From a virus, in the IMG/VR virus record IMGVR_UViG_3300044729_001198, positions 96,001-160,000 of that record: 64,000 bases of DNA; one strand, written 5' to 3'. Made by a program: the position numbers and the translations under genes. Shown here in pieces: positions 24,108-34,259 of this stretch (position 1 is its first letter; each line of letters opens with the position of its first letter). The notes under the pieces are model-generated. The model made no database searches and was not told where the DNA came from. It saw nothing but the letters and a program-made list of their open reading frames with translations.

Positions 24108-25276
24108 AGTTTTATAAGGCCATCTTCATAGTGTTTTACACGATTAACCTTTACATTAAATATGTCAAATTCGTACTCACCGATTTCAAAGTTGTTAAAA
24201 TCGAAGATTTCTGACATATTTTGGATGAATTGAAATGACTGATTTGTCATTCGTTTAACATCAAATTGTACAATAACGTCCGAATTCTCATTCACATTTA
24301 TACGTTTTGATAAGTCGAATTTAGTATTTGACTGTTCATTTTTAATATACTCAGCAATCACTTCTTGTGGTAAATCGGTATTGATTACATCACACCACGG
24401 TTCTAACATCTCTAAAAATTTCATGTCACAATTTGTGATGTCAAACTGAATATTGTATTTATGTGGAATTAACGGTTTCATGTACACATCATGTTTTACA
24501 AAATGTCCCCACTTACGAATGAAATTTCTACCATTCTTGGTCGTGGTGTGAATCCATTCTTCGGAGTTTACACCAGCAGACCCACCAGCGTGTTTGTTAA
24601 ATCTACTACCACGAGATGTAAAGTGATACACGAGAGCATCCCAACTCTGAATCAGCTGATATCCATTAAGTAGAAACCTATTGAATAAGTCGGAGTCTTC
24701 CTTTGATTGTGGAGCAAATAGTTCATCATGACCACCGATTGATAGAAAATCCTCACGATACATACACCATGGTGCAAATATACCTTCAGTAGTTTTATCT
24801 TTGTTTTGATTCTCAAGTTGTAACAAGTTTATTACGTTCATGTCATAATCATACTCATCAACCTCATTACCCCAAGCTAATGTAATCTTTTCAACACCCG
24901 GTGGATGTAATGGTGGCTCAACCCGTGTAGCTGATACAACTGTTAATGGTTTTAGGTGTTTGATAATATTCTTATCTAAATTTGGAGATGCTACCATATC
25001 AGCATGAAATGCCATAATAATTGGAGTTCTTGCCATTTGAATACCTTTATCAAACATACCAACAATTCCAATACGTTCAGGTCCATTATTTCTATATGTA
25101 ATCAGTTTGTCATCATTTAAAGAACTAATCCACTCCGATGTACCATCGGTTGAAGCGTCATCTAATACCAAAACCTCGTGATTACCACCCAGGTCTTTGA
25201 TTGATTTATATGATAATTTTAAAAACTCAAGATTATTTCTTGATGGAATTACAAATGTTATTCTTTGGTCTAGCAT
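24104..25276 (-). CDS. GT2-family glycosyltransferase
   Basis: ITFVIPSRNN, VLDDASTDGT, HADM (DxD), EDSDLFNR. Confidence 0.85.
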   Translation of the reverse strand: MLDQRITFVIPSRNNLEFLKLSYKSIKDLGGNHEVLVLDDASTDGTSEWISSLNDDKLITYRNNGPERIGIVGMFDKGIQMARTPIIMAFHADMVASPNLDKNIIKHLKPLTVVSATRVEPPLHPPGVEKITLAWGNEVDEYDYDMNVINLLQLENQNKDKTTEGIFAPWCMYREDFLSIGGHDELFAPQSKEDSDLFNRFLLNGYQLIQSWDALVYHFTSRGSRFNKHAGGSAGVNSEEWIHTTTKNGRNFIRKWGHFVKHDVYMKPLIPHKYNIQFDITNCDMKFLEMLEPWCDVINTDLPQEVIAEYIKNEQSNTKFDLSKRINVNENSDVIVQFDVKRMTNQSFQFIQNMSEIFDFNNFEIGEYEFDIFNVKVNRVKHYEDGLIKL

Positions 25277-26109
25277 GCGTATAATTTTTTAATATAGTCT
25301 TCAAGCTCACGAGTCGGAGTCCAACCCAAGATTTCCATGGTCGTAGAATCCGTGTTTAATGTATGTAGTGCTTCTCCCGGCTTACCATCTTTGTAAATAG
25401 GATTAATACCGAACATCTTTGCAACTTCATTTACTGAAATGTTTTTACCTCTACCCAATTCAAATTCATAACCATATGATTTCTTTTCCATAATCAATAC
25501 CAACGCATCTACAATGTCATCTACATGAGTAAAATCTCTACGTTGCTCACCATTACCATAGATTTCACAAGCAATACCTTTACTCAAGTTATTAATCCAC
25601 CTACCAATTAAAGTGGTGTAACCCCCTTCAAGTAACTGATGTGGTCCGTAAACATTGTAGAACCTAGCAATAGAGGCTGATAATCCAAAATGGGTCTGAT
25701 ATAGAGTAATAATATCCTCACCCAAATCTTTTGAGAATGTGTATGGGTTTTTAAATCTACCGCTGTGTTTAGAAGAAGACCCAGCATATATTAATTTAAT
25801 ATCATTGTTTATACAAAACTTAACAACCTCGTATGTTCCGTTAAAGTTTGTATTAATATAATCTTCAGGCATTTCGAATGATGGTTGAATTCTAGCAATA
25901 GCTGCCATATGAAATACTACATCAAAATCCGTATCCATTGTGGATATGTGTTGAATATCACCAACCCAATACCGACAACCACTTATTTCATTAGATTTAA
26001 GACCGGTCGAATAGTTGTCTAACGAAGAAACATCATGACCATCTTTTAATAATCTTTTGATGAGGTTTGTTCCAACAAAACCAGCACCACCTGTAACTAA
26101 TATTTTCAT
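25270..26109 (-). CDS. NAD-dependent nucleotide-sugar epimerase/dehydratase
   Basis: VTGGAGFVG, YTFSK (YxxxK), RFYNVYGP, RDFTHVDD. Confidence 0.92.
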   Translation of the reverse strand: MKILVTGGAGFVGTNLIKRLLKDGHDVSSLDNYSTGLKSNEISGCRYWVGDIQHISTMDTDFDVVFHMAAIARIQPSFEMPEDYINTNFNGTYEVVKFCINNDIKLIYAGSSSKHSGRFKNPYTFSKDLGEDIITLYQTHFGLSASIARFYNVYGPHQLLEGGYTTLIGRWINNLSKGIACEIYGNGEQRRDFTHVDDIVDALVLIMEKKSYGYEFELGRGKNISVNEVAKMFGINPIYKDGKPGEALHTLNTDSTTMEILGWTPTRELEDYIKKLYAC

Positions 26110-27038
26110 AATATAGATTTTACCTTTTCTATAAATACAGACTCGGAGTATAATTGATTGTATAATTCTTTAGTTGACTCACTACACTCTTTGTAAAAGT
26201 CCCTATCAGATTTTAATTTGTTTGCTAATTCTTTTGCTGTGACTATATCACCACGTTCTACACTTAAATTTGGGTGTAGATATTTTTGCGTATTTACATC
26301 ATTGTATCCAATGCAAGGGATGCCTAAATACGAACAATTTAAAGGGAATTGTCCAGCAGACGCGGGATAACATTGTACAGCATATTTGTATTTTGATAAT
26401 TCAAACATAAAGTCAGACCACACCATCCATGGTAAATACTCAACTCCATTTTGTTCTTCTCCACTTTTAAACTTACCAGTTTTGTAGCCAACCATCGGTA
26501 AGTCAAACTCACAAGCTATAGACCAAGCGTCAAAACCACGATATGTACTTGTCCAATTCCCAGCAACAAATACTTTTTCTTCTTTTGTTTCAGATTGTCG
26601 TATTCCGTTATCAATCATTAACGTTGGTAAAACAAATGCAGGTTTATTAGTTACTCCTCCAAAAAAAGGAACATCAACATCGTTATGACACAAGACACCA
26701 TCGCTATCTATTAGTTGTTTATAAAACCAAGCCATAGATGTAAATGACTCATCTTGCCAGTCCCATTGAATACTTTCTTGCATCACATAAACTTTTCCAC
26801 AGAAAGGCTTTATTTTTTGAATTAAATCAACTTGATTTATAGCAAGATGCTCTCTATTCTTTTCTTTTGGTATAATCACAATACCAACATCTATGAAATA
26901 TGGAATTTCCGGCGTATTAAAGATTGGGATGTGAATTGCATCTAAAGCACATACCCAAGCTTGGTCAGTTCTCATATTTGGATTATTTCGTGGAACTTTT
27001 CCAAAGTAACCACCTTCAGTAAAAAATGCTATTTTCAT
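26106..27038 (-). CDS. GT-B-like glycosyltransferase
   Basis: C-terminal SAGQFPLNCSYLGIPCIG pattern; lies in the glycan island. Confidence 0.55.
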   Translation of the reverse strand: MKIAFFTEGGYFGKVPRNNPNMRTDQAWVCALDAIHIPIFNTPEIPYFIDVGIVIIPKEKNREHLAINQVDLIQKIKPFCGKVYVMQESIQWDWQDESFTSMAWFYKQLIDSDGVLCHNDVDVPFFGGVTNKPAFVLPTLMIDNGIRQSETKEEKVFVAGNWTSTYRGFDAWSIACEFDLPMVGYKTGKFKSGEEQNGVEYLPWMVWSDFMFELSKYKYAVQCYPASAGQFPLNCSYLGIPCIGYNDVNTQKYLHPNLSVERGDIVTAKELANKLKSDRDFYKECSESTKELYNQLYSESVFIEKVKSIL

Positions 27039-27604
27039 ATGTGTTGTAATGTAGTGTAATAATTTGTAACATTCGGATGAAAGTAACTAACTTTACAATC
27101 AAATAAGGATTCATCGAGATATACAACTCCACCACAACCACTTATATATTCGGTTGCTGAAAAATGTTTACATATGTCTGCAAGCCGTTGTGAGCTTGAC
27201 GATGTGATTCCTAACTCTGATGACCTGACCATGGGTGTTGTTATACCCAATGCAGTTCTACAATATTCAATACTAGCAATGTTTACGTCAACGAGAGAAG
27301 TGTGTGAGTATATATCTGAAAAGTCTATTCCAAAATTGGTTTGTAACTTATTTAGGATTACACGTTTCCATTTTGGATTTTGACTAACGAAAATATCCTT
27401 GATTAGTTTTGAATTTGCGTGTTGTTCCAACTCAATAGTAAACCATTCATCTACACCATTTTTATTAAGAAACTTATTTCGATTCTGAAAGTTATTTTTT
27501 GTGTATTGAACATCGTCTAAAATTACAAATAAGTCAGCCGATTCCATTTTTTGAAAGAATCCCATGTAGGGGAAATGTTCAGGTTGATGTATTGTTATTT
27601 TCAT
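27035..27604 (-). CDS. wbqC: WbqC-like protein
   Basis: IHQPEHFPYMGFFQKMESADLFVILDDVQY...QNRN...RLADICKHF.ATEYISG.GG..YL. Confidence 0.85.
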   Translation of the reverse strand: MKITIHQPEHFPYMGFFQKMESADLFVILDDVQYTKNNFQNRNKFLNKNGVDEWFTIELEQHANSKLIKDIFVSQNPKWKRVILNKLQTNFGIDFSDIYSHTSLVDVNIASIEYCRTALGITTPMVRSSELGITSSSSQRLADICKHFSATEYISGCGGVVYLDESLFDCKVSYFHPNVTNYYTTLQHI

Positions 27605-28218
27605 CGAGATAATACCATTAAAAAGTCAAATTTTGATTTGTGTATTAAGGTAACATTTTCAGTTACCGATAAGGCAATCTCTAATGTAGATGATGGTGAG
27701 AAATACTCAATATTAGTGCTTCTTATAGAAGCCCATGTGCTTGGAAAATTTACCATAACAACATCAGAACAATCATACATACATTGTAGATATTCTTTTA
27801 ATTTAGTTGGATGGTCAGCAGGTCCCCCTTGATTTCCAGCAACTCCAGATGAGATTGCTAAATCATACTTTTTGTTAATCTTTGATTCTAAAATATCCGA
27901 TACCTCAAACGAATGTTCTTTGTAATTTTCAGATGCAATTTTAACAAACTCATCATTTATATCAATACCATGATATGACTTACAATTATAACCAAAATCA
28001 AAGAAAGAACCCCAGCCACAACCAAATTCAATAATTGACTTATCCGAAAACGGAATAATTGAATTCATAGCATCATATCTAAACTTCGCAGAAGTGCCAT
28101 CAGCTGACCCCCATGTCAGAGACCTATAGTCTCCAACTCCATATGTTTTTAAAGACTCAGCGTACCAAGTCATCATTCTTTCACGTTGATTCATATTTAA
28201 ACAATTATAGAAACCCAA
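27601..28218 (-). CDS. Class I SAM-dependent methyltransferase
   Basis: IIEFGCGWG, YHGIDIN, YDLAISSG. Confidence 0.8.
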   Translation of the reverse strand: MGFYNCLNMNQRERMMTWYAESLKTYGVGDYRSLTWGSADGTSAKFRYDAMNSIIPFSDKSIIEFGCGWGSFFDFGYNCKSYHGIDINDEFVKIASENYKEHSFEVSDILESKINKKYDLAISSGVAGNQGGPADHPTKLKEYLQCMYDCSDVVMVNFPSTWASIRSTNIEYFSPSSTLEIALSVTENVTLIHKSKFDFLMVLSR

Positions 28219-28883
28219 TCTACCTTACCAATATACGAATTAATTTTATAACATCCAAGCCCACCAACAATTTTATGTAAGGGAATGTATGGTTCTCGTT
28301 TAGAATGGTCGGTGAAATACATACCACGAAGCCACGAACTTTCATTACCAATTAAATTAACACCAGCGTTCTTTATTTCGTTTGCCAAATCCACTCTCTT
28401 TATAAGATTAGATTGAATTGTTGGTTTTAACTCATCAAACGTATATAGTGGTAAATCCATCATTTTATTTGAAAATACAAACCCACCTCTACCAAAGTTT
28501 AACCATTTGGATTTATTTGTAGATGAGACCACAATGTCAGCATATTTACCCAACCCAACCAGACCATGACATTGACTTAAATCTTCGATTATTTTTAAAG
28601 ACGTGTGTTCTCTTATGGTTTTAACATCAGCTCTGATACCAAACATATGTGGTATGATGATAGTATCATAGTCGTCAGCAACACTTAACACATCTTTGAC
28701 ATCAATTTGTAGGTCAAAATCACAATCAGACAAGTAGTAATCACAATTGGTTTGTGTAACTGCTGTCAATATGTCAGTGCAAGTGTAGGATGGTATAATT
28801 ACTTTTTTAGAATCTAACTCTTTCAAAGCAATTATTAAAGCATCCGTACCGGATTTAGTTTGATATGTATATTTTTTATACAT
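28197..28883 (-). CDS. DegT/DnrJ/EryC1/StrS-like PLP aminotransferase (short)
   Basis: SGTDALIIAL, VIIPSYTC, PHMFG, IIEDLSQCHG, STNKSKWL..GRGG; only 228 aa. Confidence 0.75.
   Translation of the reverse strand: MYKKYTYQTKSGTDALIIALKELDSKKVIIPSYTCTDILTAVTQTNCDYYLSDCDFDLQIDVKDVLSVADDYDTIIIPHMFGIRADVKTIREHTSLKIIEDLSQCHGLVGLGKYADIVVSSTNKSKWLNFGRGGFVFSNKMMDLPLYTFDELKPTIQSNLIKRVDLANEIKNAGVNLIGNESSWLRGMYFTDHSKREPYIPLHKIVGGLGCYKINSYIGKVDWVSIIV
28228..28259 (-). promoter_or_regulatory. Bacteroidota-type promoter (variant) inside the aminotransferase 3' end
   Basis: CTTG-N20-TATATTGG upstream of the methyltransferase. Confidence 0.45.
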
Positions 28884-29533
28884 TAGCGAACAATTTTTAA
28901 AACATTAAACGCTTCAGCATATTTAACACCCGACTGACTACCTCTGAATTTTGCTAATGTTTCAAGATTGGATATCATATCAAATCCATGACATTTGAAT
29001 TTTTCTATCTGACTCCGGTGTTTTAGACACCCTTGAAGTTTGTAGTCAAATGACTCTGTGATATCAACATAATAGTTAGCTACAGGATATGTCGTAGTAA
29101 TTCTTGGAAGTGGGACTTGTTCATAACAAAGTACATTTTTAACCAAACGGCCAGCAGCCATTGTAGCAGAAAGAGTATTAATGTGGTCTTGATGAGTATC
29201 ACCACCCCAATGGGTATAGATAATATCTATATTACGTTCTTTAATGATTTTTTCAAGGAACGCTACTGATTGATTATCAAATGGAACTTTAGTATCTTGA
29301 AATGGTCCAAGAATTAATTCAGCACCAATTACATCAGCAGCCAATTTTGCTTCAATAATACTTTGAGAACTATCTCGTGTTACTTCTTGAGTATGAGCAT
29401 CTTTAACATCACTTTGGGTCATTACAACCATAGTCACATTATCACCATCATTGGTGTGTTTTTTTAGTGTGCCAAAACACCCAAATTCAATATCATCGGG
29501 ATGAGCACCGATTGCTAAAATATTATAAGACAT
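28883..29533 (-). CDS. PIG-L/LmbE-family deacetylase
   Basis: ILAIGAHPDDIEFGC...DTHQDH; start at MSYNIL. Confidence 0.9.
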   Translation of the reverse strand: MSYNILAIGAHPDDIEFGCFGTLKKHTNDGDNVTMVVMTQSDVKDAHTQEVTRDSSQSIIEAKLAADVIGAELILGPFQDTKVPFDNQSVAFLEKIIKERNIDIIYTHWGGDTHQDHINTLSATMAAGRLVKNVLCYEQVPLPRITTTYPVANYYVDITESFDYKLQGCLKHRSQIEKFKCHGFDMISNLETLAKFRGSQSGVKYAEAFNVLKIVR

Positions 29534-30488
29534 CTTTCCAACCTTTAAATTTATAATATGGGTGAAATAAATTAGCAAGATTTTGACTACTTGCTTCATA
29601 AGCCTTCTTATACCAAGAATGTTGTTCTCTTAACAAGCCCGTGTTTGTTGGGTCTATACCAACCTCACCTAAAACATTTTTACGCTTCGAATGGTGTTTT
29701 CTATTATGAACTAACAAAATATTTCTGATAACATATTGTGGTATATTACCCAACAATTTTTGGGTCATCATCATAAACGCGGTATCTTCATGTACAAAGA
29801 ACATACCTTTAGGAATATTAGCACCTGATTTGATAACTTCCGATGATATTACTAACCCACACCCGTTAAATTTATGTTGTGGTAAAACTACAACATCTAA
29901 ATTTTCAGTTTCTTCATTTATAGAATCCATTTCGGATTCAGACATGGTGTAGCGTAATGACCACCAATTTTCAGTATCACCTTCTATAAAAGGTTTGGTT
30001 GTGAATTTCGGATGTTCCAATAATTTCCAAGAATCATCCCACATTTTACACCCACCAAAGAACGAAAGGTATTTTGGAGTTTGGTCTTTAACTTGCTGAT
30101 GTAATTGGTCAAGTATAACGAACATTTGTTTTGGAGCCAGCATATCAGACTCACCCCAAATCAGAACATCAGCCGACTCACAATATCTTTCATTAAAATC
30201 CCTACGATAGTCTGCGATTGAATATAAGGTTGAGTGAGTTGTTATGTTTACAGAATAACCATCACGTTTCATATATTCAAATTCCGTGATTATTTTATTT
30301 AAAACCCATTCAAATTCATAATCTTTACCATCAAATTTTTCAAGAAGTTGATTTGTAATCAATGCAAAGTCTACTTGTACTTTTGATTTATCATACAATT
30401 TTATAGAAGAGCGAATTGATGAGATATACTCATCAATAATTTTCACCTCATACCATTGTACTAAACATCCTATAGCAAACTTTGTCAT
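29523..30488 (-). CDS. Glycosyltransferase-like protein
   Basis: WGESDM (DxD-like) and HEDTAF; lies in the glycan island. Confidence 0.45.
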   Translation of the reverse strand: MTKFAIGCLVQWYEVKIIDEYISSIRSSIKLYDKSKVQVDFALITNQLLEKFDGKDYEFEWVLNKIITEFEYMKRDGYSVNITTHSTLYSIADYRRDFNERYCESADVLIWGESDMLAPKQMFVILDQLHQQVKDQTPKYLSFFGGCKMWDDSWKLLEHPKFTTKPFIEGDTENWWSLRYTMSESEMDSINEETENLDVVVLPQHKFNGCGLVISSEVIKSGANIPKGMFFVHEDTAFMMMTQKLLGNIPQYVIRNILLVHNRKHHSKRKNVLGEVGIDPTNTGLLREQHSWYKKAYEASSQNLANLFHPYYKFKGWKDVL

Positions 30489-30997
30489 AGTATGTATCCC
30501 GTGTTTTCATCAAGAGCGAACCATGGTCTACCAACGTGTTCTGAAACTTTAATCATCAAAGCACGTTCTGTATGTCTATTTATATCATCAAATACCATTG
30601 GTACTGATGTATTAAACATATCAATGTGTTTTAAAAAACCACCTCGACCAAACATACCATTTGGACCATCTATTAGAATTAAATCATAATGTTCTGGCAA
30701 TTTACCAACTAACATTGAGGGGTCGTACCAACCAATTTGGCGTTCCGAATGTTCTCCTGGAAGTTCGGGAGAAGTCCACTCCGAATTGTAGTTTTTAATT
30801 GGAGCGTAAATGTACGTTGAGTCATATTTATCAATCCACTCTTTATAATTTTCAATTGAGTACATCGTATAGTGTCTACTCAAATAATCAGTACCAATAC
30901 CACTACCGAATTCTAATATAGTTTTACCCTCTGGTAAAATCTCTTTAATAAAATTGTAACAGGACTCTTGGATAGCCCATCCACCTAATTTACTCAT
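30485..30997 (-). CDS. SAM-dependent methyltransferase-like protein
   Basis: ILEFGSGIGT, YDLILIDGP, VFDD. Confidence 0.7.
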   Translation of the reverse strand: MSKLGGWAIQESCYNFIKEILPEGKTILEFGSGIGTDYLSRHYTMYSIENYKEWIDKYDSTYIYAPIKNYNSEWTSPELPGEHSERQIGWYDPSMLVGKLPEHYDLILIDGPNGMFGRGGFLKHIDMFNTSVPMVFDDINRHTERALMIKVSEHVGRPWFALDENTGYIL

Positions 30998-31598
30998 GCC
31001 AAATAACTTTTGTAATTACACCTTCAAAATCTTCTAATATTCTAAATTGTTCATTGTAACGTCTACGTCCAAAATTGTGACCGACCCCATGCCCAATTCC
31101 TTTAACAAGTTCTATGTGGTTTTTGCTTAATGCCAAATCAACAGCACGTTTTACGTTTTCCCTATGAACATTACAACCATAATCATCAAACACAATATAA
31201 CATTCTGAAGAACAATTCATACCAACAGCACGATTCAAGTCTGATATTACTTGGTCATATTGATGACCAGCATCTATTAAGAAAACTGAAATCTCATCCT
31301 GTATGTTTAACAACTGATTTGAATATAAATCGAAATTATGATAAACTATATTCGTTCGGTCATTATTCAATTCCTTAGCAGATTCATTTTCATTATGGTT
31401 TATTGTATGAACTTTGTCAAATAAAAATGATAATATACGGGTAGTTTGTCCTTTATGAGTTCCAAACTCAACACATACTTTATCTTCAAATCCTTTAAAA
31501 AAGTCCCACAAATCAGTTTTGAATTTGAATGATGTGGTTGAGAGGTTCTGGTGTTTATCTTCACCAACCTCTATTAATAGTTCTTCAATTGTTTTCAT
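30990..31598 (-). CDS. Methyltransf_24-like methyltransferase
   Basis: VEFGTHKG, FLIDAGH.Y..V..D, IVFDDYG. Confidence 0.75.
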   Translation of the reverse strand: MKTIEELLIEVGEDKHQNLSTTSFKFKTDLWDFFKGFEDKVCVEFGTHKGQTTRILSFLFDKVHTINHNENESAKELNNDRTNIVYHNFDLYSNQLLNIQDEISVFLIDAGHQYDQVISDLNRAVGMNCSSECYIVFDDYGCNVHRENVKRAVDLALSKNHIELVKGIGHGVGHNFGRRRYNEQFRILEDFEGVITKVIWHE

Positions 31599-32349
31599 AT
31601 AAATGTTTATAAGTTTTTTCAATCCAATATTGCGATGATGGTGGCGTACCAGCGTTGTAATGACTCACATACCCATAACGAGTATGTAACATATCATCAC
31701 CCAACACTTCAAATCGCATCATGTCTTGCATATTCCACTCGTAACCTAAAACTTTGTAGTCGTGTGGAATGTCACGATTTACAAAGAAGTTAAATACAGG
31801 TTGGTCGTTCCCAACACAATATGTATTTTGAACCCAAATCAATTTATCACGATTTTCTTGATAAAAATTATGGATTGATTTAAATAACTCTTTGTGTTTT
31901 TTGTTGAACACCATAACCCCTGAATTAAAATAATTGTAATAAGGGAATGTAAACCCATCAAACACAAACTTTGAATAGTTTTCAATACTACGACATACCC
32001 AATCCATATCACCATAATTTCTAACAGCTGTAAATTTATGGTCAGTCAACTCAAAAATATTTGGAGCATCAGGTGTAACGATGGTATCGTAGTCTACATA
32101 TAAAACTTGGTCGTAATCAATCTCATTAGCCTCAAGAATATCAAGAATATACATTTTAAACCAATTTGGTTTCATCCATTCAATATCCATCAAAGGTTGG
32201 TCTAATACAAAAATATCACACCCCCATCGTTCCGCATAACTTTCCCAAGACTTTATTGACCACTCAAAAGCCCCCTTGAGAGTGTTTCCACCCCCTTGGA
32301 ACTTTTTATCATGTTCTATGTTTATAAGAAAAATTATGTTTTTAGCCAT
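31585..32349 (-). CDS. GT-A (GT8/GT34-like) glycosyltransferase
   Basis: VLYVDYDTIV, YFNSGVMVFN, NDQPVFN. Confidence 0.8.
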   Translation of the reverse strand: MAKNIIFLINIEHDKKFQGGGNTLKGAFEWSIKSWESYAERWGCDIFVLDQPLMDIEWMKPNWFKMYILDILEANEIDYDQVLYVDYDTIVTPDAPNIFELTDHKFTAVRNYGDMDWVCRSIENYSKFVFDGFTFPYYNYFNSGVMVFNKKHKELFKSIHNFYQENRDKLIWVQNTYCVGNDQPVFNFFVNRDIPHDYKVLGYEWNMQDMMRFEVLGDDMLHTRYGYVSHYNAGTPPSSQYWIEKTYKHLYENN

Positions 32350-33124
32350 TGTACATCTCTTTTACGATATCCCATGTTTGTTTCATCAGAGAGTTTCGTT
32401 GTTTTCTATCAAAGCCGGAAAACTTCCATAAGTTACCATACTTGATAAAGTAAGGAGTCTGGTCTTCTTTTAACTGCCAATTGTGAGAAAACCAATTAAA
32501 TCGATTCATGTGATTTACGTTAAATGAGTTGGGTAACTCAAACCTAAAATCTACACTCATAGATTGTAACATATAATTGTATACGGGCTGGTCAGTCCCA
32601 CGACCAACACTTGACTCTAATATACAAATTTTCTCATAGTTTTCCAAATAAAAATCCTTTAAATTATTTAAAAATTCAATGTGTGATTTTGTAAATATTT
32701 GGAAACCACAATCGATATATTTTTTTAAATCAAAGTTTACATTTGGAAATAAATCATAATACCCACCAATTCCTTGAGACAACCATCTAACGTTTTCGAG
32801 AGATTGAAACGTGCTCAATCCATCAAAAGTCATATTAAAAAAATTAGGAGAATCCCAACGAATCATATAAGAGGCATCAACAACAGCAACCTTATTCCAA
32901 TCCAAATGTGAAAGTTTTGATTCTAAATCAAACCACCGTGTCCAAGTTACTTTATGTTTGGTAGTGTCCCATTCCGTGGAATCGTATTCGTAAAACTCTA
33001 CACCATTTTTTGTACACCAATGTTTCCAAGTGCTTTTAGAGTATTCAAAGTATTCGAACCCACCATGTTTTTCCATAGTGTTTTCATTAGAACTTTTAAC
33101 CCCAACCCAATATACTACATTCAT
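32342..33124 (-). CDS. GT-A (GT8/GT34-like) glycosyltransferase, paralog of the neighbour
   Basis: VAVVDASYMIRWDSPNFF, CGFQIF, TDQPVYNY. Confidence 0.7.
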   Translation of the reverse strand: MNVVYWVGVKSSNENTMEKHGGFEYFEYSKSTWKHWCTKNGVEFYEYDSTEWDTTKHKVTWTRWFDLESKLSHLDWNKVAVVDASYMIRWDSPNFFNMTFDGLSTFQSLENVRWLSQGIGGYYDLFPNVNFDLKKYIDCGFQIFTKSHIEFLNNLKDFYLENYEKICILESSVGRGTDQPVYNYMLQSMSVDFRFELPNSFNVNHMNRFNWFSHNWQLKEDQTPYFIKYGNLWKFSGFDRKQRNSLMKQTWDIVKEMYNG

Positions 33125-33187
33125 AAATAGCTAATAGATAAATTGAAAATTTTCTTTATGACACACGTCTCGTTCCCAAACATTCGT

Positions 33188-33799
33188 TCACGATAGGGTA
33201 TCGTAGTAATCGTTTTGTTGTTCTTGTCTTTCAATGGTTTTATCATGGAATAATGATAATTCTAACATCCATGGTAAGTTTGAAATCGTCTCATATCCTT
33301 CGAGTCGTTCGTGTACTTTGTTAATCCAACGAATTGACTCTTTGTTCTTGTAGATTCTCCATTGCGGGTCGGGCCAATTAACCCAACCATGTTCGTTTAC
33401 ATTCCAACCCCATTTCTGAATATGGTCTTGTGTCAATCCTTCTACCGTGTTTACTCGTGGTACAAGGATTACATCAACATCGTTGGATTCAAGAATGTCT
33501 GGTAGATTAGCCAATAGTAATGGGTTGGGTACTTCATCTGCGTCAATCTGAAAAATATAATCACCACTACAAAGTGATGTTAATTTGTTTTTCCAATCAC
33601 CAAAGTGGCCATCAAATGAATCTGAAGTAACATTGATATTGTTAGATTCTAACCATTCGTGGATTTCTTGGAATCCGTTTTTGTTATCAAACAAAACTAC
33701 AATCTCATCTTCATCACGTTTTCCCTCGGACAAGAAACTGATAAGTCGTTGAATCTCTTTCAACTCTTTACATACTGTAACTGCGTAACTGATTTTCAT
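33188..33799 (-). CDS. GT2-family glycosyltransferase
   Basis: ISYAVTVC, YIFQIDADE, WPDPQWRIYK...KVHE. Confidence 0.8.
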   Translation of the reverse strand: MKISYAVTVCKELKEIQRLISFLSEGKRDEDEIVVLFDNKNGFQEIHEWLESNNINVTSDSFDGHFGDWKNKLTSLCSGDYIFQIDADEVPNPLLLANLPDILESNDVDVILVPRVNTVEGLTQDHIQKWGWNVNEHGWVNWPDPQWRIYKNKESIRWINKVHERLEGYETISNLPWMLELSLFHDKTIERQEQQNDYYDTLS

Positions 33800-33803
33800 A
33801 ATT

Positions 33804-34259
33804 TTAATCTATTTGTTCTCGTTCTTGTTCCGAAGCCACTCTATCAAATTTACCATATTTGTAATTGTAGATAATAATTGATGTAATGTTTCGTTCCACA
33901 AAAGTCCTATATCCCTCACTCAACATCTTTCGTTTGATTTCGGCCATATAAAATTGTTTAGAACTCTCGTTAATTTGTAATTTAGTCAAGTCCAACTTTT
34001 TTACTTTTGAACTTGTACTTTTAATCTCGGGATATTCTTCCGCTAATTTTTCAAATACATTTGGTTTGATGTGCTTTAAGTCGATACAATGGAAATACTC
34101 CATATACTTGGGCTGTAATACGAATACAAAATATTCTTCAATATCACCCGATACCTTTTTGTATCTCACTTTAGCAACCATACCCCTTTCCAATTTACTT
34201 TTTGAAATCGGAGTGGGGTCGGTCATTCTAACTCTATGTTGACTTTTAAAATCAGCCAT
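33804..34259 (-). CDS. Hypothetical phage protein (151 aa)
   Basis: ORF coupled to its neighbours. Confidence 0.6.
   Translation of the reverse strand: MADFKSQHRVRMTDPTPISKSKLERGMVAKVRYKKVSGDIEEYFVFVLQPKYMEYFHCIDLKHIKPNVFEKLAEEYPEIKSTSSKVKKLDLTKLQINESSKQFYMAEIKRKMLSEGYRTFVERNITSIIIYNYKYGKFDRVASEQEREQID

Noticed and set aside
33125-33187. 20-aa ORF (MFGNETC...) between glycosyltransferases
   Set aside because: Too short, no RBS or motif; cannot be distinguished from chance.
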